NCBI GenBank assembly: GCA_001661245.1 | Contig: KV454014.1 | Span: forward strand, 1,197,989 to 1,261,988 | DNA length: 64,000 nt | Direction of reading: 5' to 3' | Source: Pachysolen tannophilus NRRL Y-2460 | Taxonomy: Eukaryota | In this document: positions 35,438 through 46,328 of the stretch, in pieces | How the letters are laid out: each line of letters opens with the position of its first letter | Position numbering within the stretch: position 1 is the stretch's first letter | Notes under the pieces: model-generated | Database searches by the model: none | What the model saw: only the letters and a program-made list of their open reading frames with translations | What the model was told of the DNA's origin: nothing | Program-made: the position numbers and the translations under genes

Positions 35438-36277
35438 CTAGAAAAAAAAGTTAACAGCTAAAGGTGTTATTAAACCACACAAAAATCCAATGATTTTTTC
35501 TAAAATTGTATGGAAAAAAATACAAGTAACTGAAAATAACCACCACCATATCAATAACAAGACAGTACTTATTAGAATGGTACAATTATAGGAAAAAAGC
35601 AAATATTTTTGATCGATTCTATCATCATTTGCCATTTTCAAATAAACTAAATCTTTTAATTCAAAAAGTACCATTAAACTAATATTTGTTGTTAAAAACA
35701 AGTGACCACTTGGATCGAATCCTCCAACCCATGAACCACCACTTGATAAGCAGCTCAGTTTTGAATCTGGTACAGTTTCTGGGTTTGAAGACCCAAGTTC
35801 ACAATAAGCACCTGTTTTCTTGAAAACATAATCAAAAATTGCATTTGGATATAAACACAGATTTAACAGCAAAAGTAATAAAGTGATTTTTAATAATTGT
35901 CTTAAAAGTAATGGTTTTATTTTTTGAAAATTCACATTTTCAGTATTTAAATCTTGAAGGGTAACAGGTAAGCTAAATTCAACCAAATGTTTTAATTTTA
36001 TAATTAAAATACTTATTAAAAAAAACACAAACATACACCAATAATAGGCATTGCCTGCAAACACAACATTGATCAAATTCTCAGGATTTGTGATACCTAA
36101 TACATTTTTCTCTTTTATGAAATTTAAAAAGCCAATCAGTTTGATTGTACAACCTATAACTAATGTAACGGGAAGGTATGATAAAATTATTTTATTCTTT
36201 AATATACTGGCCAGAGCAGTTTCTATCTTTTCTGATACCTCTTGGGGTACGCGAAGAGCTAAACTGAAATCCACCAT
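35438..36277 (-). CDS. YFT2: FIT-family acyl-CoA diphosphatase (Yft2/Scs3)
   Basis: C...GGSWVGGFDPSGHLF and TCIFFHTILEK motifs; multiple TM segments. Confidence 0.75.
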   Translation of the reverse strand: MVDFSLALRVPQEVSEKIETALASILKNKIILSYLPVTLVIGCTIKLIGFLNFIKEKNVLGITNPENLINVVFAGNAYYWCMFVFFLISILIIKLKHLVEFSLPVTLQDLNTENVNFQKIKPLLLRQLLKITLLLLLLNLCLYPNAIFDYVFKKTGAYCELGSSNPETVPDSKLSCLSSGGSWVGGFDPSGHLFLTTNISLMVLFELKDLVYLKMANDDRIDQKYLLFSYNCTILISTVLLLIWWWLFSVTCIFFHTILEKIIGFLCGLITPLAVNFFF

Positions 36278-36647
36278 TGACCACCAAACCCCTTTAACCT
36301 ATAGTCCTAGTCCTCTAATAATAAATATATATATATATATATATCGATTCAATTGACTAGATTGACTTATCTGTTTAAAGGCTTGTGTTGTTTAAAAATT
36401 AGAGGCTTCACAAATTTACCCGCACTACGGAAATTTCAAAATTTTTTTTTTTTTTTGTTTAATTTTTTTTTTATTTTTTTTTTTTTTCAACCATTTTTGT
36501 ATTTTGTCGGAGAACTAGACAAAAATACATAATATTAAATCAAGTTATATCAGTGTTGTGAGTGAGAGATAATTTGAGAGAAAGGGGTTTCTTTTTTTTT
36601 TTTTTATTTTTTCCATTCGAAAGTTTGCACATCTTAGTGATTGAAAG

Positions 36648-37553
36648 ATGAATTCGTTAACTCGATTTATTGGCCCATCTTCAATAGGAGCATTGGTACC
36701 ATCAATAATATCTAGGCCATTTACTAGTAGTACAATTAATTATGGTAGTAAAATAAGAGCTTTACAAAAATTAAAATCTCAAGAAAAGAAAAATCAAAAT
36801 AAGGCAAGACAGGCTACAAAATTGGAAAGTTTAGAGAAAGTTGATCCTGTTTATGGAAGGAAAGATAATCCATTTATTAATCGTATTAAAGCAGAAGTTA
36901 GTGAACCAAATTTTTTAGCAAAAGGTTATACTACAGAAGAAGTTGAAAAATTATTATTTGGAGCACAACAATCTGTTTTATCAAAATTTTCAGAAGAAGG
37001 TGATACAATTTTGAAACAAACTGCTTTAGAACAATCTGATTTAAAAAGAGAAATTATTATGAGAATTTTATCTATGAAAAATGCAAGTAAACAATCACAA
37101 CGTAAATTAGCTATTGAATTGGCTAGAAAAGAGTTTGAAAGGACTGTTGGGGATACCGGTTCCTCTGAAGTTCAGGCTGCTGTAATGAGTATTAAGATAA
37201 TGTTTTTAATGGAGCATGTTAAGGAACATCCAAATGATTTGGATAAAGTTAGAAAAACAAGAATGTTGGTTCAACAAAGACAACGTATTTTACGTTATTT
37301 GAAAAGAGACAACCCAAAACGTTATTTCTGGGCCATTCATAAACTTGGGTTGAACGATGAGTCAATACATATGGAGTTCAATATGGATAGGAGGTATATG
37401 CAAGAATTTGAAATATGGCCAGGTAGAGTTTTAGTTAAAGAGAGTAAAAAAGATATGGAAGAGAAACGTAGAGAAAAGAGAAAGCAAAAAAGAGCTTTTA
37501 GACAAGCTGCAAATGAGTTCTCAAGAGAACAAAAGGAAGAAGCCAGTTTATAA
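36648..37553 (+). CDS. MRPS28: Mitochondrial ribosomal protein uS15m
   Basis: VDPVYG, GDTGSSEVQAA, LVQQRQRILRYLKRD motifs. Confidence 0.93.
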   Translation: MNSLTRFIGPSSIGALVPSIISRPFTSSTINYGSKIRALQKLKSQEKKNQNKARQATKLESLEKVDPVYGRKDNPFINRIKAEVSEPNFLAKGYTTEEVEKLLFGAQQSVLSKFSEEGDTILKQTALEQSDLKREIIMRILSMKNASKQSQRKLAIELARKEFERTVGDTGSSEVQAAVMSIKIMFLMEHVKEHPNDLDKVRKTRMLVQQRQRILRYLKRDNPKRYFWAIHKLGLNDESIHMEFNMDRRYMQEFEIWPGRVLVKESKKDMEEKRREKRKQKRAFRQAANEFSREQKEEASL

Positions 37554-37878
37554 TAAAAGTATATTAAAGAAGAGTTGTTTTGCATGTATATATATTATAA
37601 TAAATACTAATCAATGTATATTATATATGGAAAATATATTATTGTATTGTATTGTATTAAACAAAAAAAAACCAAAAAAACCAAAAAAGGAGGTCTACTT
37701 TCTTAATCCGGAAATCCAATTTTGCTAACTTACCTAGCTTCCTAAATAGGAAACAGAGGGGCTATATCCATTTTTATATAAAAAAAGAAACACGAAAAAA
37801 ACCGCCCCTTTCTTTTTGTCCCAAACTACTTAGCTACTCAACTACTCAACTGCTTACTTTACATAACGTTAAAAGAAA

Positions 37879-38258
37879 AAACTGTGGCACATATGTAATC
37901 ACGTGCATTTGAACAATCGTGAAGTTTTTTTGTTCAATTGTACATCAACCCACATATACATACATATTTTCTGGATAATTCAACTTCTTGATGTTTTTAA
38001 CCAGGCAATTATATTGTAGAAAAATTTTGAATGAAAAAGCAAAAATAAAAAGAAAAAAAGAAAAAGAGAAACTGAGTCAGTGATCAGAAGAAATAATAAA
38101 AGGTTTAAAAAAAAAAATCAATTAAAGGGTGATTTGAAAATTTAAATATTAAAGGTATTTTTCATTTGAGTTGTGATTGAAACTTTTTTCATTTTCATTT
38201 TTTTTCATCTTGCAGATCAAATCTTGTTTGCTATAATATTACTAATAGTAAACTGTGG
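37879..38258. promoter_or_regulatory. Sulfur-regulon promoter: Met31/32 AAACTGTGG (37879, 38250), Cbf1 TCACGTG (37899), Gcn4 TGAGTCA (38073)
   Basis: Four exact consensus matches upstream of a cysteine-pathway gene. Confidence 0.8.
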
Positions 38259-38536
38259 ATAAATTCAAGATACAAATAATTTGTATCAGAGGTAATTATT
38301 TGTTGATATCAGTTTTAATTTAACTGGAATTTAACTCAACTTATCTCATCTCATCTCATTCAAGTTAAAAAAAAAAAAGTTTTTTTTTCTTCTTCTTCTT
38401 TTTCATTATTTTGCTAATATTCTAATCTCTTGAGTTCGGGCTTCAGAGTCACCGCCCAAACAAAGAAAAGAGAGAAAAAAAAAATAAAATAATATTTACA
38501 AGACGAATAGCATATTTTCTGGTATACGGTCCAGTA

Positions 38537-40129
38537 ATGTTGTTAGGAAGAAGTATGATAAAGAATCAGAAACGCATATTTAGATCGGTGAGGCGTAATT
38601 TATCGTCGACTCTGTTAGTTTCCAAGTTTCGTCCAACACCTTCAGCATCAGCGGTGATATCTTCATCGCTCAATCAAACAACTTCAAATGGGAATTCTGG
38701 GAATGTTTCATCATCAAATAATTCATCAAATCCTCAAATGTTATTCCCATGTTTAGATAAATTGGAAGATAGATCTCAAAAATTCTTAAATGAATCTTCT
38801 GGACCAGAGCCTGCTTATGGGAAAGTTGGCAAACATAATACTTTACTTTATAAATCAGATGAACCAATTTTTTTGGATTATGGTGGGTTTTTACCAAGTT
38901 TTGAAATTGTATATGAAACATGGGGGAAATTAAATGAAGATAAATCAAATTTAATATTAATTCATACAGGGCTTTCAGCTTCTTCACATGCTAAATCAAA
39001 TAGTTTAAATAAAAATCCAGGTTGGTGGGAAGGTTTTATTGGACCTAATAAATATCTTGACACAAATAAATATTTTCTTGTTTGTACAAATGTCATTGGT
39101 GGATGTTATGGTTCCACAGGCCCTTCTTCAATAGATCCTTCCGATGGGAAAAGATATGCAACAAGGTTCCCAATGCTTTCTGTTCAAGATATGATAAGAG
39201 CTCAAAATAGATTGATTAAAGAACAATTTGGTGTTTCTAAAATATATGCTTCAATTGGTTGTTCAATGGGAGGTATGCAATCTTTAGCATATGCATCTGA
39301 GTTTCCTAATGAAGTAGGAAAGATAATTTCGGTAAGTGGATGTGCAAGATCTCATCCTTACTCAATTGCAATGAGACATTGTCAAAGACAAGTGTTGATG
39401 AGTGACCCTAATTGGAATCGTGGATTTTATTATGATAATAAAATACCTCCTCATACAGGTATGAAATTAGCAAGAGAAATTGGAACAATAACTTATAGAT
39501 CTGGTCCTGAATGGGAATATAGATTTGGTGTTGAAAGACTGGATCCTTCAAGGCAACCTGCTTTATGTCCTGATTTTTTAATTGAAACATATTTAGATCA
39601 TCAAGGTGAAAAGTTTTGTCTTGAATATGATCCAAATTCCATGTTATATATAAGTAAAACTATGGATCTTTTTGATTTAGGATTGACTAATGTTTCTAAA
39701 TTACGTAAGGGAAGATTTCAAGCAGAAGAAAAATTTAATGGTAAAGATATAGATCCTAAAGAATTACAATTTCGTCCCGTTGAATCTGCATGTTCTATAG
39801 ATCCTGATACGCTGCCAGTAAGTAATGTCAGAAGAACAAGAAAGCTTACTCCATTAGAGAGTAAAGTTGATTTATTGGAAGGTATGAAACATTTTTCAAA
39901 TAAAGATATCTTGGTAATTGGTGTTGAGTCAGATATTTTATTTCCAGCTTGGCAACAAAGGGAAATAGTAGACTTGTTAAGACAAGGTTGTAAACAACAA
40001 GGCCTTGGAGATGGTTCAAATATCAAGCATGTGGAATTGTCTGAAGAAGTTAGCATGTACGGTCATGATACATTTTTGTTGAGTTTGGAACATATAGGTG
40101 AGCCTGTAAAGCATTTTTTAGAAGGTTAA
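38537..40129 (+). CDS. Serine O-acyl (acetyl/succinyl) transferase, Cys2/CysA subfamily of the homoserine acetyltransferase fold; probably mitochondrial
   Basis: Basic presequence, FPCLD..SGPEPAY, HTGLSASSHAKS, GCSMGGMQ, ITYRSGPEW, YGHDTFL. Confidence 0.82.
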   Translation: MLLGRSMIKNQKRIFRSVRRNLSSTLLVSKFRPTPSASAVISSSLNQTTSNGNSGNVSSSNNSSNPQMLFPCLDKLEDRSQKFLNESSGPEPAYGKVGKHNTLLYKSDEPIFLDYGGFLPSFEIVYETWGKLNEDKSNLILIHTGLSASSHAKSNSLNKNPGWWEGFIGPNKYLDTNKYFLVCTNVIGGCYGSTGPSSIDPSDGKRYATRFPMLSVQDMIRAQNRLIKEQFGVSKIYASIGCSMGGMQSLAYASEFPNEVGKIISVSGCARSHPYSIAMRHCQRQVLMSDPNWNRGFYYDNKIPPHTGMKLAREIGTITYRSGPEWEYRFGVERLDPSRQPALCPDFLIETYLDHQGEKFCLEYDPNSMLYISKTMDLFDLGLTNVSKLRKGRFQAEEKFNGKDIDPKELQFRPVESACSIDPDTLPVSNVRRTRKLTPLESKVDLLEGMKHFSNKDILVIGVESDILFPAWQQREIVDLLRQGCKQQGLGDGSNIKHVELSEEVSMYGHDTFLLSLEHIGEPVKHFLEG

Positions 40130-40379
40130 GTTAATATACTTATGTCATATTTTTTAATACAATTTGGATTATATTGTTACGGAGTTATGTTTGAAAATTA
40201 TAATAAAAATTACTTATTTTGTACCAAATATTGATGTTTATGTTGAAACAGTACCTGAAATCTGATGAACTAAATCAAATTAAAAATAGAGAGAGAAAGA
40301 GAAAAAAAAAAATAAAATAAAAATAAAATAATAAAAAAAAGCAAATAAACGCAAACTAAACCTCATACAAAGAATAATT

Positions 40380-41417
40380 TCATGTTAAATCATCTTCGCC
40401 ACCAGCACCATCTACTATATTACCACCTCCTCCAGCAACACTATCTTTAATTTTTGTTAATATACTAACTTTCCAATTGTCCAACCTACTAAATTGGTCA
40501 TAATCAGCACATGATTTTCCAATTGCTTCGGAATCGCCATCTTTAACATTTTCTAATAATTCATTTAAAAATTTAAATTCTCTAGTAGTTGCAAAAGTAC
40601 GGTCCCATGTAACGAAAAGATCCAATTTCGAGAATGCTCCAGGGTAATCATCAGAAGCCAATCTGCATAATATTGCTTTTGTAAAATAATCTTTTGTTGA
40701 CCATTTAGTTAAATTGTTAGATAAAGATTTTTCTGCAATTTTTTCATAAGTTTCAGCAGCTTCTATATAATTACCCATTTCTGCTTTCAAATCTGCAGCT
40801 TTCAAATATGATTTATTTGATAAACTTTCTGCTGAATCAGAAGAATACCAATCCCCTGCATCTTCAAACGATTTTATTGCACTTTCTTTATCATTTACTA
40901 ATAAATATAAATCACCTAAATCACATTTAAAATTAGCAGCTCTTCTAAATTGACCTCTTGATGTAAAATGTTCAATAGCTTTGGATAAACATCTTGCAGC
41001 ATCTGCTGGTGAAGTATTTTTATATGCTTTATAACTTTCAACTAATATATTACCTGCCTCATCCGGTGAGGAAGCTTTTAAATAACTTTCAGAAGCTTTT
41101 TCAAAAAGTTTACCAGCTGAAGAGAAATTCTTCTGCAACTTATACTGGTTTGCTGCTTGGACATACAAATCTGCAGCTTCCTCAAAACGATAAGTTGAAC
41201 TTCCAGAGAAAAGTGATGAAAACCCACTAACTGGTTTAGCCTTTTTATCAGCCTTAACATATTAATAAAATAAAGAAAAAAAGAAAAAAAAAGTGTTAGT
41301 AAATACTTTTTCCAAAAATCAAATTTTTTTTGTCTTCATCTTCATTCATCAATCAATCTAAATAACATTTGAAATTCTAATACATACTTGTGCAATTAAT
41401 TCCTCAGGAGTTGACAT
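40380..41417 (-). CDS. SEC17: Alpha-SNAP Sec17; exons 41417-41388 and 41252-40380 (300 aa)
   Basis: Spliced N-terminus MSTPEELIAQ-ADKKAKP; GQFRRAANFK, YDQFSRLDNWK, C-terminal DDLT. Confidence 0.95.
41253..41387 (-). other. Spliceosomal intron in SEC17 (135 nt)
   Basis: GTATGT donor, TACTAAC at 41301-41295, AAG acceptor (first AG after the branch point); falls after codon 10. Confidence 0.92.
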
Positions 41418-41885
41418 ATTTTCTTCTTAATTATTCAATTCAAATCACTTCTCTGAGTTGTTCTTCTTTATTATACTTTATTTTCTAAAAGACTTCAACA
41501 GATCACTTTGCACACTATACACGACCACAATTATCAAAATTGGTGATAATAATTCTTTATTATTAGGTAGGAAGATGGTGTTATTGAGAATATGATTACG
41601 GGGTGGAAGGGCAAAGCGAAAGGCAAAGCCGGAAGGATAAGGGTATATATATAGTTCATAAGCATATACATTTGTGTGTTTAGCTAGCCACGAGGAATGT
41701 TAACGGGAAAGAAGAAGAATGAAAAAAAAAAAAAAAAAAAATATAAAATACAAAGAGGTAAATTCTGATTATAGAATTAAAAGTAAAAGTAGAAATGTAG
41801 AAATGCGAATAACGTGTGGAATTTGTAATTCATGGGATCCGTGTGTTGTTGCTGTTATTGTTATCATTGTTGTTGGTAGAGTAAT

Positions 41886-42617
41886 TTATATCTGATCCAC
41901 TTGATTAATCATTTCTTTTAGGTTATTATACACTTGTTGATACTCTTTATCATCTTGTCCTAAATTTAAGAAATCATGGTCCAATTTCTCTATATCTGTT
42001 ATGTAATCATTAGATTCTTGTATGATTTTTTCTAATTCTTTAAATTTTAAATTATTTTCATTTTTCAACAGTTGTAATTGTAATTGATAATCTTTAATTT
42101 TTAAATTTTTTAAATCAATTATTTGACTATTTATAATTTCATTTGGTGATAATTTATCATAAAAAATTTTTAAATCTTGTTTATTTAATAATTTTCTCTT
42201 TTGTGCTTCATAAATTAATTCATCTAATTCATCTAACTTAAATTTTAAATTTCTTTCTTTATAAATCAGTTGAAATTCTTCAATTGAATTTTTACTCCAA
42301 TACTCTTGAATTTGTACTTGTGCCAGTTCCAAATATTTTATTCCATTAGTAGTCTTTGCAATATTGGGATAACATGTTTTCAATTTTTCTAATGATAATG
42401 TCTTTAAAGATTCATCTAATGCTTTTAAAACAACTTCTTCAAATTTTGAAAACCGAATTTTTTGAAAAGGCGGCAACTCCACAGATTCTATTAACTCTGG
42501 CAACTTTGACAGCTCTGACAGCTCTGGCAGCTCCAGAAGCTCCAGAAGCTCCAGAGATCCCACAGATTCCTGCTGCTGTGTATCTACTTTCTGTTTCCTC
42601 ACTCTCTTCAAAGGCAT
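41886..42617 (-). CDS. NNF1: MIND/Mis12 complex subunit Nnf1
   Basis: IRFSKF..KAL, CYP, EFQLIYKERNLKFKLDELDELIYEAQKR, LSPNEII, C-terminal coiled coil. Confidence 0.82.
   Translation of the reverse strand: MPLKRVRKQKVDTQQQESVGSLELLELLELPELSELSKLPELIESVELPPFQKIRFSKFEEVVLKALDESLKTLSLEKLKTCYPNIAKTTNGIKYLELAQVQIQEYWSKNSIEEFQLIYKERNLKFKLDELDELIYEAQKRKLLNKQDLKIFYDKLSPNEIINSQIIDLKNLKIKDYQLQLQLLKNENNLKFKELEKIIQESNDYITDIEKLDHDFLNLGQDDKEYQQVYNNLKEMINQVDQI
42490..42556 (-). repeat. Coding 9-bp tandem repeat (GAGCTTCTG/GAGCTGTCA-like) in the NNF1 N-terminus
   Basis: About seven degenerate 9-bp units. Confidence 0.75.
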
Positions 42618-42911
42618 CTCCTACCTCTTCAAACAAAACCTACTACAATCACTTTTAAACATTTATATATCTTTTATAAAACTTTGGTTTTATATTTTTG
42701 ACTTTTGTTTACATAATAAACTATATAAGATTATGGGTTATTTTGTACACGACCGTTTTTTCTCACCAAAAGTTGAAATTTGATTGATTCAACCGACGAC
42801 GAAGACGACGACGACAACGATGAGTAGTTGTTAGAGTAAGTTATGATATGATGATGATGATGATGAGCAAAAGAAGGTTTAGTTTTGGGGGAAATAAAAG
42901 TTGATTGAAGA

Positions 42912-43625
42912 TTAAATATTCAATTTTTTGAAAACTTTATTGATTTCTGTATTAAAATCTTGTTGTTTTAAAAATTGACAATTTTCAATTATTGTTGAAC
43001 AAGCTAAAGTTGTTTTTAAATCATCAGTTTTTAACCATATTTTCCCATTTATACCTATAGCAATTTCAAATTTACATTTTGAAGCTAAAATTTCTAATAA
43101 TGGGTTTTGTTTATCAAAAAATAACCATCTAGCATAACCCAATTTAACTTCAAATACGTATCCACCTTCTAAAAGACCAAATCCACCATCTTTACCTGTA
43201 GTTGGATCTATACATTCAATTTCAACATCAATATCTTTAAAACAAGAAGATACTCTAGCATATACTAAATCACCATTTTTCAAATTAGGCCTATTTTTCT
43301 TTGATGCATTGGGGAAAGCCATTGTAGAAAGTATTACAGAAGATTGGAAATTAGATAATGATATTTTAAAATAATCTCCAAATACACCAGTAACTGTTCC
43401 AACAACATAATCTCCCATAGAAGGTATATACCTCTTATTATTTGACTCAATATATATATAATTTTGATTCTTCTTTTCTTGTAATTGTAATATTCCAGCA
43501 GATGTTGGTATTATACTCTCATTATCCTTTTTAGATATACAAACACCTGGTCCTAATACAACATTATTTGCATCAAATTTAACAGATATTAAATCTCCAG
43601 GTATAACAAGCAATTCAGAATCCAT
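42912..43625 (-). CDS. RRP40: Exosome subunit Rrp40
   Basis: KRYIPSMGDYVVG, AFPNASKKNRPNL, FEIAIGINGKIW; ATG at 43625. Confidence 0.94.
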   Translation of the reverse strand: MDSELLVIPGDLISVKFDANNVVLGPGVCISKKDNESIIPTSAGILQLQEKKNQNYIYIESNNKRYIPSMGDYVVGTVTGVFGDYFKISLSNFQSSVILSTMAFPNASKKNRPNLKNGDLVYARVSSCFKDIDVEIECIDPTTGKDGGFGLLEGGYVFEVKLGYARWLFFDKQNPLLEILASKCKFEIAIGINGKIWLKTDDLKTTLACSTIIENCQFLKQQDFNTEINKVFKKLNI

Positions 43626-43819
43626 CACTAACCTTCAATAACTAATACTATAAAAGCAAAACTCTTTATAATTTTAATAATTTTTGAAATTTAAAATTTT
43701 AATTAAATTTTTATAAAAAAAATTTTTTGTATTTTTTTTTGTTTTTTCTCTTGTATAATAATAAATGATAATAATTTTATATATTTAATTATTTAATTAT
43801 TTATTTAATTATTGGGAAT

Positions 43820-44578
43820 ATGGATTTTACAACACCAATAGGGGATTTGAGAGTTGAGAATCCTATAGTGAAGCAGCTGAGAGGGAATGATGTTAATTAT
43901 GTGGATTCTTCGCCAACTATGAATCATGTTAGGTTTAAAAATTTTCTTAAGAATAAAAATAAAAATAGATATAGTGGGAATAATAAAAATAGCGTGTTAG
44001 ATGAATTTCAAACAAAGATAACAAATAGAAATAATGATTTATATCATCCGTTGTTAAGAGATACTGATGATTCAAAAGTTTCATATACTAGTGAATGTTT
44101 TGCGAATCAAAGACCGAAAAATAGGTTTCATTCACATGGACATCAATATAATCATAATAATGGTCAAAAACAATTTAAAGAAAATATTAGAAATAAAAAA
44201 GATAACAAAATTTTGTATAATAGAGAATTTTTAAATTATAGAAATAACAAACAAGAAACAGAAAAGGCAATGAACGATATGGCGAGGAATATGAGTATTG
44301 AAGTAGATGAATATGAAAGTTTAAATACAACTATAGATGAAATTTTTGGTGGAGGTGATTTAATGTATGATCGATCGCGTAAAGGACGTGATTTTGAACT
44401 TGATCAAACAGATATGAATTATGACGATAAAGATTATGATATGGCTTTTGAAGCCGATGATGAAATGGGTAAACCCCAGTTGGATTTAGAAGAAATAAGA
44501 CAAAGAGAATTGGAAGAATATTTAAGACTGCAAGAGGAAGAGTTGGAGTATCTCACTGCTAATTTGAGTATTGGATAG
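43820..44578 (+). CDS. Hypothetical protein (basic N-terminal half, acidic/coiled C-terminus)
   Basis: 252-codon ATG-initiated ORF filling the gap between RRP40 and COQ2; no family recognised. Confidence 0.65.
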   Translation: MDFTTPIGDLRVENPIVKQLRGNDVNYVDSSPTMNHVRFKNFLKNKNKNRYSGNNKNSVLDEFQTKITNRNNDLYHPLLRDTDDSKVSYTSECFANQRPKNRFHSHGHQYNHNNGQKQFKENIRNKKDNKILYNREFLNYRNNKQETEKAMNDMARNMSIEVDEYESLNTTIDEIFGGGDLMYDRSRKGRDFELDQTDMNYDDKDYDMAFEADDEMGKPQLDLEEIRQRELEEYLRLQEEELEYLTANLSIG

Positions 44579-44801
44579 TATGGTTGATTGATTTATTAAA
44601 AAAATTTATATATGGTATGTTTAAGGAGTTTATTTTTTTTTTTTTATTTTTTGTTTTATTGTTTTTGGGCTTTTTGGCCCTCTATCTATATCTTTATCTT
44701 TCATGATAATGATTGGAATTATGGTTAATTTGTTGTATATTAGTTTAATATTTATTTTTATTCATAAAGTTGTATTTACACAAAACTCTATTCTTCTAAT
44801 T

Positions 44802-45959
44802 TTACAAAAATCCAAAAAGTTTTAACAAGTAATCAACAAACATTCCAAAAAAAAATAAATGACCAGTATTAATGTTTGATTGGAACGAATTCCAGCAGCT
44901 TTGTGGATCATCTAAATCAACTTTCTTAATCATTTGAAATAGTCTGTAACTACCAATTATAGTTGAAATAGCAAAACCTGGACCCATAGTATTCATATAA
45001 CCTGAAAGAGCAAAACAACCCATTTGAATCAGAGTTAATCCTTTGAAAATAGATTTGGAATTATTACCCCATGCTAAAGCAGTTGATTTAATTCCTGCTT
45101 TAACATCAAAATTCTTATCCTGATGAGCATAAATTGTATCATAAACCATCGTCCAGCAAAAACTTGAAAAATATAATGGTAAAATCACTGACCAATTCCA
45201 AACACCCATTGCAGTAGATCCTAACATTATTCCCCAATTAAAACATGCAGATAAAACTACTTGAGGATAATATGTAAATCTTTTGAATAAAGGATAAGTT
45301 CCAACTAATGCTAAACTACTCAGACCAAGCAAAAAACAATCCAAAGGTAATTGTAATAAGACCATTAAGCCTACACTTAATTGTCCAAGTAAGAAAATAC
45401 TTGCTTGTTTAACTGAAACTCTCCCACTTGCTAAAGGACGTTCAATTGTTCTAACAACTTTATTATCCAAATTCCTATCTAAAATATCATTGATTGTACA
45501 ACCAGCACCTCTCATCACTATAGATCCAACTCCAAAAACTGCCAACATCCATAAAGTTTGACTCAATGGGGCATTAATTGAATAAGCAGCCATAGTTATT
45601 CCCCAAGCTGATGGAGAAAATAAAAGCCAAGTACCCACAGGTTTTTCAAGACGCATAAGTTCAGCGTATGGAATCCATCTTTCTGGTAATTTTGAAACAA
45701 TAGGACCTAAATTTACCAATCTGGTTTCTTTTGCTTTTTTCAAATCTTCTGGTAAAAATTGAGTTACACCAGTGAAATTACGTGAATTGCCTTTAGTCTG
45801 TTCTGATACATGATTTGAAAAATTTTTACAAAATAAATTTTTTTTCAACAGCGATATTCCTCCTGATTGTTTTAGCAACAGCAACAGCAACAGACTTGAA
45901 GAGTTCTTAGTAACTGAAGACAATAGAAAAGGTGCTGAGACCCGGCCTTTAACCAACAT
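44802..45959 (-). CDS. COQ2: 4-hydroxybenzoate polyprenyltransferase
   Basis: ELMRLEKPVGTWLL, RGAGCTINDILDRNLD, YDTIYAHQD motifs. Confidence 0.96.
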   Translation of the reverse strand: MLVKGRVSAPFLLSSVTKNSSSLLLLLLLKQSGGISLLKKNLFCKNFSNHVSEQTKGNSRNFTGVTQFLPEDLKKAKETRLVNLGPIVSKLPERWIPYAELMRLEKPVGTWLLFSPSAWGITMAAYSINAPLSQTLWMLAVFGVGSIVMRGAGCTINDILDRNLDNKVVRTIERPLASGRVSVKQASIFLLGQLSVGLMVLLQLPLDCFLLGLSSLALVGTYPLFKRFTYYPQVVLSACFNWGIMLGSTAMGVWNWSVILPLYFSSFCWTMVYDTIYAHQDKNFDVKAGIKSTALAWGNNSKSIFKGLTLIQMGCFALSGYMNTMGPGFAISTIIGSYRLFQMIKKVDLDDPQSCWNSFQSNINTGHLFFFGMFVDYLLKLFGFL

Positions 45960-46328
45960 TTTCAGTATTTAACGAAAGTAAATGTATATACAAATATATA
46001 TATATATATATATATAAATATATATTTATGTATATACATTTTGTTAAATTTTTTTGTACGGCTCAACCACTTTTACTCAACTACTTTAACGAGCCTAATT
46101 ACGATGAAATACAATGAAATACGAAATGATAAAACACAATACCTTTTTCGGTATAAAGGAAATTAGACGATTACACAATTAGATAGCCCAATAATGATAA
46201 TTAGTTAGTGTAGATTATATAAGGACGAATTGAATTAAATTGCAAAACAAGTTAAGAAACGATATAAAAATGGTTCAAGTAAATAAAATGATAAATAGTA
46301 AAATCCCAGTCTATAGAACAAACAGTTC

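Noticed and set aside
37727..37775. U1 snRNA-like AACTTACCT
   Set aside because: No GATCA U1-70K loop, TGCAC loop or Sm site follows
38537..40129. MET2 assignment
   Set aside because: Motifs (HTGLSASSH, SGPEP, presequence) match the Cys2/CysA subfamily instead
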